Positions 27,364 to 38,640 of a DNA stretch of 64,000 nt are shown piece by piece (position 1 is the first letter of the stretch; each line of letters opens with the position of its first letter). The notes beneath the pieces are model-generated. The model had not been told where the DNA came from, made no database searches, and saw only the letters and a list, made by a program, of their open reading frames with translations. Position numbers and translations under genes: made by a program. The DNA comes from Phoronis australis (Eukaryota; Animalia; Phoronida). Where the stretch lies: NCBI GenBank assembly GCA_002633005.1, contig NMRA01000007.1, forward strand, positions 432,617 to 496,616. The letters are read 5' to 3'.

Positions 27364-29369
27364 TGGCGGCTTCCACTCTCTACATTAGCGGTCTTCCTAG
27401 ATGTAGAATTCTTCACATTTACCTTATTCCAACTCATCAAACATGGAGGAATCGTGTTGATGGTACTTGACAATGCACGCACTTCATTCAAATCTCTCAG
27501 TTGTGACGTTGAACAAAGAGCCACAAGAGTTCCGAACAAAATTTGCAGTTGCCAATTTTGTCTTTGGCTTTTATCAAAAACACTTGTCACTTGCCTCGTA
27601 TCTGTGTGTTTTGAATCATGGAGTTAGTGGAAGTTGAATCCTTGTAAGTCACCTATAGACAATATAAGCCCTGTCCGTATGATAGATTTTCTTGTAGGTT
27701 TCTCCTATAGGTTTTATGTCTGGGGTTCGTGGCCTATCGGACACTACTGTTATTTCTTTGAATGACCTTGCTGACAGTTTACTGGAATGTATAGTATCAT
27801 TGATATTTCATGTTGGTCGGTCACATGACTTCCCTCAGTCATGTGACATGACTTCCCTCAGTCATGTGCCAAAAGGGAATACACTGATAGATCTGAAGCA
27901 TTATCTTTGATGTCAATGCTTTATTTCATAGTACAAATCCCGTGGGTCACAAAGTCATATCCTAGCACTTGACCTTGATACCATCAAAATCAACTAATCA
28001 CATTACGTGAATTTTCGAAAGTTTATTCATAATGTGGAACATGACCGGCCAGTTGTCAACTAGAGTCTCGAATAAAGTTTTTGGCCTCTGGGCCCCTGTA
28101 CTTCGGACCCATAGGTCACATCTTACAGGCAAAGCTATAGTGCGGACATGACTTGTGACTGAAAGACACTGTAGAAATGGCTCGTAATGAGATTAGTTCT
28201 TCGAAACCATTTTCGGAACATTATATCCAAATTACGGCGGACTTGGTGAAGTCTGTTATACAATTCCTCTGATTACTTGAGATTACTGGCGAAAGGCTTT
28301 TGTACTGTTGCGTGTGGTTGTCCTACTTTTTCTGTATTGACAGTAAATTTGGAATTGGTCCTTGGACATTCTTTAGTTGCCAGCCTGTAAATGACTTTCT
28401 TCAAGTGCAATACAAGTCACGGATGTAGAAAGGTTTGACTAAAGGAATGTTTTTACAGTAATTTTGACATTTTTTTAGTTAAATTTCTTTTCTATTGCAT
28501 TCTATTTAGCAAACAGAGAATTATATGCAACTTAATGGCGGCCATTTTGTTGCTCTAGTATGTTAATGTATATATTCTTAACATTGAGATAAGTTCCTGT
28601 TTAACGTGCAGTATTATAAGCATCTTTAAGCCATTCATTTTTATATTGTGTGTTAAGATATTTAAGATTTAGCTTTCTACAGACTGATGTAGGTGAATTA
28701 TGTTGCTGGTCTTGCAATCATGGATCACAGTGTTGGACATGTGCTGAACTTTCTTGTGCTTCAACAACGGGTTTCATTCCTAGTGTTTCAAGTCATCCTT
28801 GTTTTCTCGCTTTTCAGAAAAAAGCAAGATTTTGTTTTCCAAATTGGCAATTCGTCACGATAAATTCACGAGATACTAATTTGCCATGTCTTTTCTTCTA
28901 AAACAGGAAATGGTGTTTGCTTTTGTTTTTTGTTTTTCAATTTTGTAAAAAGGACATTTCCTTATAATTCTATGATTCACTGTCTGAGTTTCAAATTAAA
29001 AACTCATCTGTTTTACGATAGAAGCTATGCCGCAAATGTTAACGTATTATTACAGTAAATGAATTTCAACCCAATTGCATCATGCAGTGCATCAGCGAGT
29101 AAAAAAAAGAATGTCAGTAGCCATGACTTTTGAAAAAACTGACCAGCTTCAGTTCATTTGCAGGTGTTCTATCATCATTTCCTGTTGATGGTTGAAACCA
29201 GGGTTAATTATTTTATGACTTTAGACAGTGATTGGGATCACGCAGCTATAATGTTGACAATTCAGTAAATCCCAGATCATTTTGTCTTGGAGGTGTTGTC
29301 ACTTGTCTCAGTCGATTGTTTCAGCCTCTAATGTGTTAACGATTAGTTTTAGCAAACATACTTGGTCAG

Positions 29370-29495
29370 TTAGCAGTGGTAACAAAATTAGTTAGCAAGG
29401 TAGACCCTCAACCTGAAGATTGTGGCTTCATACCTTTATTGCAATAGTTATGTAGCTGTGTCCTTGAGCAAAGCATTTTATCTGCACTGTTTAGC
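29370..29495 (+). mobile_element. Degenerate tRNA/CORE-like SINE in the SPRED 3' region
   Basis: tRNA-like head followed by GTGTCCTTGAGCAAAGCATTTTA, resembling the CORE motif GTGxCCTTGxGCAAG. Confidence 0.5.
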
Positions 29496-30470
29496 AGCTG
29501 CATCTTTGAAGTCACCTCCGGGAATCTGAGACTGTGTCCTCCGAACTTTACTCGAGACTTGACCAATTGCATGTCACACATAGAATAAATTTTCGAAATT
29601 CATGGTATGTGATTGGTTAGTATTCGAGTACTGTTTCTAGTAGTTGGATAACCGAGGGCTTAGGATTAGCTGAATTGGTCGAATTAGCCTGATGGTTCAT
29701 GAAGGATTCACTTTACGTTACTTAGCAAGTTGGTTGCTGCCTGTCTTGTTGAGTGCTCAGTTGTCTTTCTATAGCCAGTGATGTTAGGGCATTAATGTCA
29801 GTGTACATTCCTGTACAAGTTTCCTCTTCTAGAGGTGACAACTGTATACGCATGCATGCATTTAGGCCCATCCACCTGTTTCTGATGCCTTCATCCAAAA
29901 TTATGGAAAACCCTTTAGTAAAACTAAAGGCCAAGTATGTGAATGAAGATTTTCCTGTTTCTGTTTGAAGAACGAACAAAACATGGACATTTTCAAACAA
30001 CATCAAACTATCTGTTAGTGAAATTGTACACCAGTGAGCAAAACACTGTAGCAAGAATTGATAAAAGGCACTTTTTGAACAGGCACGTGTGCCTAAATAT
30101 CCGCATGTACGGTGCAGTCAAAACTAGACATTTGTTTTGTCAGTTGCAATATGCAATGTTACTTGATTGATCTAGTGAAGCTTTTGATTACGTTGAGCAA
30201 GATGAAATTGCTCTCTTGTTGTTGTAAAGAGCGCCTATGGGCAGTAGTTGTTACCACATGCCTGACGTGTGGACGAGGCCTTATATAGAGAGGGTCTTAA
30301 CCATCTCATGGGTAATAATACCAGATTTGTGTGCTTTCTTAATGTAGATGACTCTACACTCTCTATGATGGTCACCAAAGACAGATGGTAGAGATGTACA
30401 CCATTTATTTTGGATTGTTATATTTAAAGGGGCTGTGAACCTGCCTTCTGAAGAAAGACTTGGTTTAGAT

Positions 30471-30756
30471 GGTAAAACTTCTTCAATTTGGGACAGTAAA
30501 AAATTAATTATTTTGTTGAAGGTCGGAGCTTGTCCTAAAGTCTAAAACTAGGCAATATCAGCCGTCCCAAATTCAAGAATTGCCAGAAAGATGACAAAAT
30601 TACTTACCCTGAAAACACCTAATCCAAAATTTGAGAAATGTCATGATGCTAAAATCGCTCGTCCCCAATTCTGGAATGAAGAAAATTCAATTTTTGCTGG
30701 AGTTTTCGTGTCCAAAATTGTAGAGACTGTCCCAAATCGGAGAATTTTTTACTGTA
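30471..30756. mobile_element. MITE with AATTTGGGACAGT...ACTGTCCCAAAT inverted termini, inside the SPRED 3' region
   Basis: Inverted ends, terminating in CTGTA; a homologous copy in the opposite orientation at 13259-13507 and a partial copy near 47755-47812. Confidence 0.7.
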
Positions 30757-31361
30757 AGCAGCGAGAGGTCTACATTATCAGTTTGTTTCTTTAGCACTAC
30801 GTGGGCTTGTACCCACTTCAAGTTTTTGAAAGAAGACGGGTTCATTGCCCCTTACTGCATATTCCATAAGGGCGGATAGTTCACATTTATTTCAATCAGT
30901 AAAATGGCTTCCATGTTTGTTCATGCACATCTAGTTATTATTTCCCAGTTGTCAAAAAGCTCAAGTATCTATTCCCTGTGCCCGTCTTTGGATTGTGCAT
31001 TTTGTAGTCTAACTTGATATTCCATGTAGGACATTTTATCATGAAGAGTTCAGACAAAGACTGTAGGTATAGTGACTAGAACAATTGAGACTCTATTAGC
31101 CAAGTTACTTTTGTTAAGGTTTTAGTTGTCTGATTTTATCAATCCTTATATGGACATTAATTTAGAATCCCACATTTTAATATTGTCGATGTAATGGCAA
31201 TGGTTAATTGTGCCAAACTTTTCGTGAGACTTTGTTGTGGGGCTCTCGTCATTGTGTCGGATGTCTGTGGCCCATTGTAAGTATCTGTGTGTGTGTGCAC
31301 TTAAGTGCAGGAAGTATTCCTAATGTTATCATGTATTTTTAAAGCCAAAATTTTGTATTCA

Positions 31362-31367
31362 AATAAA
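31362..31367 (+). terminator. Candidate distal SPRED polyadenylation signal AATAAA
   Basis: AATAAA with upstream TGTA motifs at the end of a T-rich 3'UTR-like tract. A proximal AATAAA also occurs at 28071. Confidence 0.45.
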
Positions 31368-31554
31368 AATGTACATAATGTTCATATTTCGATGTCATTT
31401 TAATCACGTGACCCCTTGCACCGCCATCTTAGAAAACCATTATTTTGAAAGGACTGGAACCTTCGCTTTTTAATAAAGCGATTTAGCATTCCTAGTTGTA
31501 CATAATAAAAGAATTGACCAAATGAAATTGATCACAAAATTTGTCAATGCTAAC

Positions 31555-31560
31555 TTTATT
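31555..31560 (-). terminator. Candidate polyadenylation signal of the convergent MAD2L1BP gene
   Basis: TTTATT on + (AATAAA on -), near where the base skew appears to switch from T-rich to A-rich. Confidence 0.3.
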
Positions 31561-34500
31561 CCAAGTTGAAGTGTGTGATTTTGGCTCAACCAAATTAGCT
31601 GCGCATGGGTCTCATAACATGGCGTACCAGTGAAATCTTATTAGGAGGGGTGCCCCCTGGTCATTGTAAAGAAAGCCTTCCCCCAGTCAATGTCTACGCA
31701 CTATCACCATCACCCAGAAAGCATGAAATTGCAGCAATAGGTCTTGCAAGTAAATTATGCAGAACCTGCAAGGATATTGTATTACACCAGAGTACTGTGG
31801 GGTAAAGCTTGTCTTTGTTATTTACAGAAAATGTGAACAGAATTTTATTGATTTGCCAAAAATAGGCGAGAGCTTTACTCCATTGTAACCAAGAATTGTA
31901 AAGTTTAACGCCATCGCTGTGAAATTCGTTGGTACATTTTTAATAATTTGATCCAGTATGCCCCTCGGATACATTCAACTTAATAGGGGCCTTTTAACTA
32001 CCCTGCAAACCCTGCTTTTAAAAATGGCATATCAGCGGCGTAGTAAAGTTTCCTTTTGAGGGGCCACAGAAATTATAAAATCCCTGGTCAGCAACAGTAC
32101 AGCCAATTGTGTCATATGAGAGGAAAATACCATTCATTTCTAAACAACCACCAGTCGAGAGTAGAACCAAAACACACTTTTTGGCATAACAACAAAATGA
32201 TTTTTTTAACTTTCTGGTAATACTTGAGCACATTCTAAGTTAACTCAGCTTCATCATAAGATTGAAAACAAAGTAGACTGGGTCATTTACATGTTTTTTG
32301 CGGAGACAAATTCATCAAACCCAACCACTGCTTTCCGTGACGCATTCACTCCACATTTCCTATTTATACACTTGCGTTTAGACCCAGAGGCAAGAGACAA
32401 TGTGCATAGTCCACCAACGAACAGATTTTTTGACCTTCGACCTCACAAGTGAGTGCAGATCAAAGCCCAGCGCTACATTGTCTGCCTGCATGCATGTCAA
32501 TCAGTACCACTGTGGTAGAAAAACACGGTTTGAATACAAACACGACAACACTCAATCTATCCTGTTCTTTGTTTCAGGTTGTTATAAATACAATTTACCT
32601 TCACAATGGTATTGGAGAGTGGCTCAAGGAACAACGTTTTGCTAAATTACAAAATATCATATTTACCATCCATTAGAAGCAATAACAATACATTTTAAAG
32701 GAAATTTTCATTTCTAAAATGCCAATGAAAGTATTGGCAAAAGAAAATGGAAAAGTCTATTCTAAAACACAAGTCGAGGACTGTTTTCCAGTAATTCTTT
32801 ACACAGTGACAATAAAACGAATTGTAAAATACTATCACAAAACAATAAATTACTAAAGAAATCCATTACAAGATAAACTCTTCAAAAGGAATAGAGTAAA
32901 AGTTAATACATTTGTAATTCCAATACATGCCAGTACAAGAGTGAGACACGGACTGTTGTAAGCAAATGAAGTGTAAATTCTTGGCAGTTATTGAAAAATT
33001 GTCATGTATTAAGACAGATTGTTTAGTTTATTTTGCTATCGCTGCTGCTCAGACTTAAGTCAGAAATTTGGTCTTGCGTTCTAAACAGCTATTTCAGAAA
33101 AGGTAAATCACACTTGATAGCAAAAGTGGAGTCTCTGAAAATACACACTTAACTATTAATAGTTACTGAAATAGTTTCTATAAATTATTTGAAGATTGTT
33201 ATGTACTCTAAACCTTTTTTCAAAAATTTTCAGAGGAAGTGTACGACCTAATTTTTGCCTCAAGTCTCAAATCAATTTCATGAAACGGGCCTCTAGTCTG
33301 CAGATCAATCTTAGTGAGAATTGACACCCTAGTCACCAAAATAGAGCAAAAACATGTTTGACAAATCTTCACCTATTTCGTATACAACATGACCGATACG
33401 TGAATTCCTATTCAAAAAAATTCTCAAAAAATAAAGATTGAGAAAATTTAACATGGCTCGTTCTAAACAGCCGCTATGAAAATACCTGGTGCACACTGGA
33501 TTATTTTTACCAAGATACTTATCTATTGAAGAACAAAATTACAAATTTCTTAATTAGTTTCATGCAAAATTATTTAGGGATCCCAGTGTCCTATGTGAAA
33601 TCATAACACAGACAAACATCACTATAAGTTTGAGCTTTAAATAAGCTCTGTCACAATAGTTGTATTTTTGAGACAAAAAATATTACGCTAAACTGGAAGT
33701 TGCATCGATGCGTCACTTTCCTGCAAAAAGCTAAGATCAGAATCACTTATATTAAACCTGTTTGCCACGGGAGAAAATGCCCAACTTGTGCACATCATTT
33801 CAAGCACAATAAAATCACCAATTTAGGACACAACATGGCCGACGAGTAAAATTTTTTTACTTTTAATTTTTTTTACAAATGATAAATGAAGCACAAAATG
33901 AAGGCTTGATCAGTTTTAACTCACATACCATAGCTACCACCAGACTATATTTTGAGAAAGTGAAGACAACAAAGTTAGGAGCCTTTCAAAAAGGAAAAAG
34001 GGCAATTTTGGGCAACTGCTTTTGTCCGAACTTGACGAGATTTTACTGTACATGTACTAATACTCAAACGAATTAATGATAAATAATTGTTTACAGGCTA
34101 AGATAATTTGGTCGGATTCATGTGAAACTTTCACATACTATTCTTTTAACGCTCTGTTCTCCAAAATGCTGCAAGGTATTGTTTTTAAAATATTCCGCTT
34201 TTGCATAGGGTTTACTAAAAATAGGACTTTTATAGTTTTTCAGGAAAAATCAACAAAAGTCGCATAAAATGGAAATAAAAGGAAAATTCAGGACACTATA
34301 ACAGTGATTTCATCTTATCAATATACCAAGCAAAATTTGGTCATGATTTCATTATCATTAGTTTGCTACGAATGTACCTTCTTTCATTGTTAAATTTTAG
34401 TGAAAAGACATGGTCACGTGACTCTATTAATGACAGATTATTGTAAAGCTAAGTCGAATTCTACAAGTTTTCTACTTTTCAGAAAATACACACAGTCACT

Positions 34501-35073
34501 GAGTTGAAATCTAAAGCTTTGATGCTATTTCAATTTTGATAACATACACAGACTTGACTATAAGGCCCCACATAACCTTAATGGTGTTGAATGTATACCC
34601 TCAGAAAATATTCACTCTCAGAGACACACTTCAGAGAGGCAGCACAGTTGACACTACCTTCAGCATAACAAGATGTATCCTCCTGCCATTTGAAGCAGGT
34701 AAAAAATCCCTTGGCCACTTGCCATCATAAAATTGGACTAAAAATCATTTCGGAGCTTGTAAGGAGACAACAGATTGTCATTAGTTAAGACCACGCTCAA
34801 TCAATTGGTTTGACCCGACAGATCGTTTTATGCACTGAGGATGGCCTCAAGTAACAATGAAATCTCAGCTCTTCATAAGTCAAGAAATTACGTAGAAGAA
34901 AAGTAAGGATTAAGTTGAGACCATTTTTATAACAGCAGGTGGCCAAAATCAAAATCTTTTGGGAGGAAGCCGGTTCATAGCTGCTATAGTGAAAAAGATG
35001 TTGATGAAATATTGGATCAGAAAATACTCTTAATAGCAATTACGAAGCAGTGACTTGGGGAAGCAACTTTAGC

Positions 35074-35748
35074 TTAGAATGTGTGAGTTTTATCACGAAA
35101 ACCTTTCAAGCTTATGGGCGCTTGATACCAAATCATATCCTCATCACAAACACCACTGTCACTCTCTGAGCTGATGTTAACATCCTGCAAACTCCTGTTG
35201 ACAGTGGTTGGAGCCTCATAGCTTTCATCCAATGGACACACTCCTGACATGTTGAAGCTTGAGTCATTCATTAATGACATCTCTGTCTGAGCGATTTCGC
35301 ACGACGTTGTGTTGTGTATGTTAAAAATTAAATGCTGACCACGAACGGGTAAGCTGTACGAAATTTTCGGCAAAAACCAATCAATGCAAGAGTCTCTAGC
35401 CGCTTCGATGAGCACATGAAAGCCACACGGCGATAACTGACCCATGTCACCAAAAACGTCTTTGGAAATCATCTGCTGAAAAAAGGACCTTACACACGAG
35501 TCAGCAGTCAATCTTTTGTTTTCTGATGAAGAATTAGGAAACTTTAAAACATACACTTCTTTTGGGCTAACAACAGTTGCTCCAAGTATAACCACCACTT
35601 GAGATATGGATGGTCCAGCTTTTGTGAAAACATTTTTCAAATTGTCCAAAATGATGTCTAACGATTCCACAAACTTCTTCACTTTTGCATCCCTCGACTT
35701 TTTCCTGGACATATTTGGAGTGGGGTGTGTTTCAATTTCCTGGCTGGC
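35074..35748 (-). CDS. MAD2L1BP: MAD2L1-binding protein (p31comet) exon 2, HORMA-like fold
   Basis: ttttcgttaaag|ASQEIE...VVILGATVVSPKEVY...WYQAPISLKGF, matching the p31comet motifs LGxxxxSPKExY and W[FY]QAPxxxKGF. Total protein 280 aa. Confidence 0.92.
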   Translation of the reverse strand, partial: ASQEIETHPTPNMSRKKSRDAKVKKFVESLDIILDNLKNVFTKAGPSISQVVVILGATVVSPKEVYVLKFPNSSSENKRLTADSCVRSFFQQMISKDVFGDMGQLSPCGFHVLIEAARDSCIDWFLPKISYSLPVRGQHLIFNIHNTTSCEIAQTEMSLMNDSSFNMSGVCPLDESYEAPTTVNRSLQDVNISSESDSGVCDEDMIWYQAPISLKGFRDKTHTF

Positions 35749-36712
35749 CTTTAACGAAAACAGCAACACGATTAGAACAAGAAAGATGTACAAATTACTT
35801 TTAAGCAATAATTTTCACATCATAACCTGAGCCATAGTTTAAATACGATCAATACAACCATGCACCCCAGGTCACCAGAGGACTGGAAAATGTCGACTCT
35901 CAAGTGTGGAGACAGGTATAAGCAAAAAATGCATTAATTTGAAATCTGGCCATATCATGTATATAAATGCAGATGCTTTAGTTAGGGACAAAAGATTTTT
36001 TTCTAGTTATCAACAAGCGGAAATTGGGAGGATCTTGGTCAATTTTGCATATCCAATGGACACGCATGTATGTAAAGTAATTTTCAAACTAATTTGTTCA
36101 AACTAATGAATTGTTTCTGCAGACAAGTACAGCACAAATTATTTGTAGAATTTGATCGATGAACAAAATGTTAGAAATTTTACTGAGGAGTACATACTGA
36201 CACTGAAAATAACGATACATGAAAAGCACAGCAAAACGTAATTATTCAATACGTTGTAAAATATGACAAAAGTGATTATTGCTCTGTTGTCACAATACAA
36301 CACTCCAACTGAACAAACCAGATCAATTTCAATGTCTGAAAATACCGAAAGACTCACAAAAGTTGTCAAAAGTATGCATTAACTTTTCAAAAAAAAAATG
36401 CAGTGGATAGAACTACGATGTTACATATCAATTGATGGATTACACGTCCAGACGGTAACGTGTAGGCAACTGAACATGCCAGGCTGTTGTCATGTATCGG
36501 CAACCAACGCGATCTAGAGATGCCTTCCGAAGACGCAAGACACTCACGTTAACAGGATGCAGCCCTGATCACTTAAGTCATATGTAAGAAATTCTACACA
36601 AGAGTTTCACAAAAGAAATGTAAGCAACGAACAAGCATGAGTTTCTAAAAATTCAGAAATTAAGGATCGGAAAGGCCAGGACAAGAAACTAGTCTTTAGG
36701 TCCGAGCCTTAC

Positions 36713-36880
36713 CATTGCCTTGATGTCCCTCTCCATCTGAGAATACGATAAAGGTATTTGATTACGTTGATATAAAACATGTTTCAGAAACTCTGATGAC
36801 AATGTGCCTGCAATTGCCGGATCTATGTCCCCTTTCAGAGTGAAATCATTAATCGAAACTTCGCGCCGTCTTCCAAACAT
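36713..36880 (-). CDS. MAD2L1BP: MAD2L1-binding protein (p31comet) exon 1
   Basis: aaaATG; MFGRRREV...SEFLKHVLYQRNQIPLSYSQM...KAM|gtaagg. The EFLKHxLYQRxQxPLxY motif is characteristic of p31comet. An in-frame upstream ATG at 36898 is an alternative start. Confidence 0.88.
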
Positions 36881-37259
36881 TTTAAAACGTTCCCGCATAA
36901 TACTGACATTAAGAAATGGGAACAACTAATAGATGGCGCTGGCAGTAAGCGCAAACACAGGACATGAGCAAGGAGTGTAGTCTAACCTAGGAGTGTATTG
37001 TTTTGGGGATAACTAGTGATAGCGTTGCCGTGTGAGTGCTAACGTCTTTCAGTTGGCGTTACTACACACACCAATAAGAACCACTCAAAAAGGAAGGTTT
37101 AGTGCACTCTGAAAATTGCGACTGCCTTTCCCCCACGCCGAAATTCTAAATCTATCCAATGGTGTTCAATGTCCCTTCTATTCCCATCTTCCAGTTTTGC
37201 GACACTGTCTCCCTCTGCCCGGCCCCGGTGGTCACAGTTGTCATGATTACTTCCCTGAA

Positions 37260-38030
37260 TTCAGTGGAGCACTTGGGTTGCGCTGCGTCCGTTCATTGGT
37301 CCTTTCCAGGGGCTGATCCAGGATTTTGCGGGGGGCCGGGAACAGCAAACCACGAGATCGAATTTCGGCACTGCGCCGCGCACCAAGCCTAAAATTGTGG
37401 GGATGCAGGGGTCTCGCCGGGTTTGCGGACCTGTTGACTAAAAAAAACAAAAAAAAACAAAAGAACGGTAAACTGGATTTGTTCAGGGCCGGATTGTTTC
37501 CTTACCCCCTGAGCCCCACCCCCCTGGTTCGCACCCGAACATCCAAATGGTATCTGGTAGAATTTTAGGGGGCCGGGGTGGCCCCATTGGCCACCCCCCC
37601 TAAATCCGCCACCGCTTTCTACTTCTATACATATCTTCATGAAACTCAGTTGAGACTTAGTTGTCTTTGGCACTGAACTCCACTTTTTTGGTTGCCATTA
37701 TTTTTATTGGGCGCGCGATAACCATGTCAACTGAGTCACGTGAGTTAGGCACAGGCTCGCTCGAGACTAAGCGCAGCAGTACGTGACGCTAGTGCGTGAC
37801 ACTTGTAAAAAGCTTGTGAAGGTATCGGGTGAAATTTGTACGCTTTGTCTCCCTTGGACTTTTTATTCGTCAAGATGCGTCACGGTGATTTCTTGTAACT
37901 TCCTCAAAATGGCACCCGGTAAGAGAAACTCGAGCAAACCGCGACGGCTTTTCATCGATTTGTTCAAGTTTTGCTTACTAAATTGTACCCATAGTCGTGG
38001 TATGTGTTAATTATACCTCCGTGTTCCGCG
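37260..38030 (+). repeat. Dispersed repeat, homologous to 54140-54580 on the minus strand
   Basis: Colinear blocks such as AACTTCCTCAAAATGGC..GAGAAACTCGAGC, GCGCGCGATAA, TCAACTGAGTCA and ATGTGTTAATTATA occur in both copies. Confidence 0.8.
37307..37614. mobile_element. GC-rich MITE with CAG(G/T)GGCGGAT-type termini, 5-bp TSD CTTTC
   Basis: CAGGGGCTGATCC...AAATCCGCCACCG flanked by ctttc/ctttc; internal sequence shared with the copies at 43619 and 59338. Confidence 0.8.
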
Positions 38031-38199
38031 CCTGTATGGTCCCTTTGTTTTTATTTACTGTATGTTGAAATGAGTAACTTTTTCTGAGAATGTCCTATCC
38101 GTCGCCCCTGTATGCCTGCGGCATCCAGGGCGATGTACTTGCCTCTCCTCCCCGCACTGCCTCCCCCCTTTGTGCGTTCTGTGTCAGAAGCACTTTTTT

Positions 38200-38640
38200 G
38201 GCACTGTGCGCCTGGCACTGTGTGCCTCCATCTCAGTCGTGCTGCCTCCCAGTCTGTGCCCTCTGTGTGCCTCCTCCGCCCCCGCCAACTCCCCTTTTGT
38301 GCCCTCTGTGCCAGAGGCAGTCTTTGGCACTGTGTGCCAGGCACTGTGTGCCTTCTCCCCCTCCAACTCTCCGCCCCCACCCCCCTTTACGTCCTATGTG
38401 TCCGAGGCGCCTTTCGGCTGTGTGTGCCTGTCACTGTGTGCCNNNNNNNNNNNNNNNNNNNNNNNNNNNNNNNNNNNNNNNNNNNNNNNNNNNNNNNNNN
38501 NNNNNNNNNNNNNNNNNNNNNNNNNNNNNNNNNNNNNNNNNNNNNNNNNNNNNNNNNNNNNNNNNNNNNNNNNNNNNNNNNNNNNNNNNNNNNNNNNNNN
38601 NNNNTTTGGTACTGTGTGCCCTGCACTGTGCGCCTCAGCC
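38200..38640. repeat. Minisatellite of paired GGCACTGTGTGCC mini-hairpins spanning the N gap
   Basis: Double units at ~38200, 38326, 38416 and 38608, separated by pyrimidine-rich spacers. Confidence 0.75.
38443..38604. other. Assembly gap (162 N); single-N joins also at 8175, 43700, 46729 and 51038
   Basis: Direct reading. Confidence 1.

Noticed and set aside
38200-38640. CRISPR-like repeat-spacer appearance
   Set aside because: Eukaryotic context, degenerate repeats, spacers similar to each other and of uneven length, and no cas genes.
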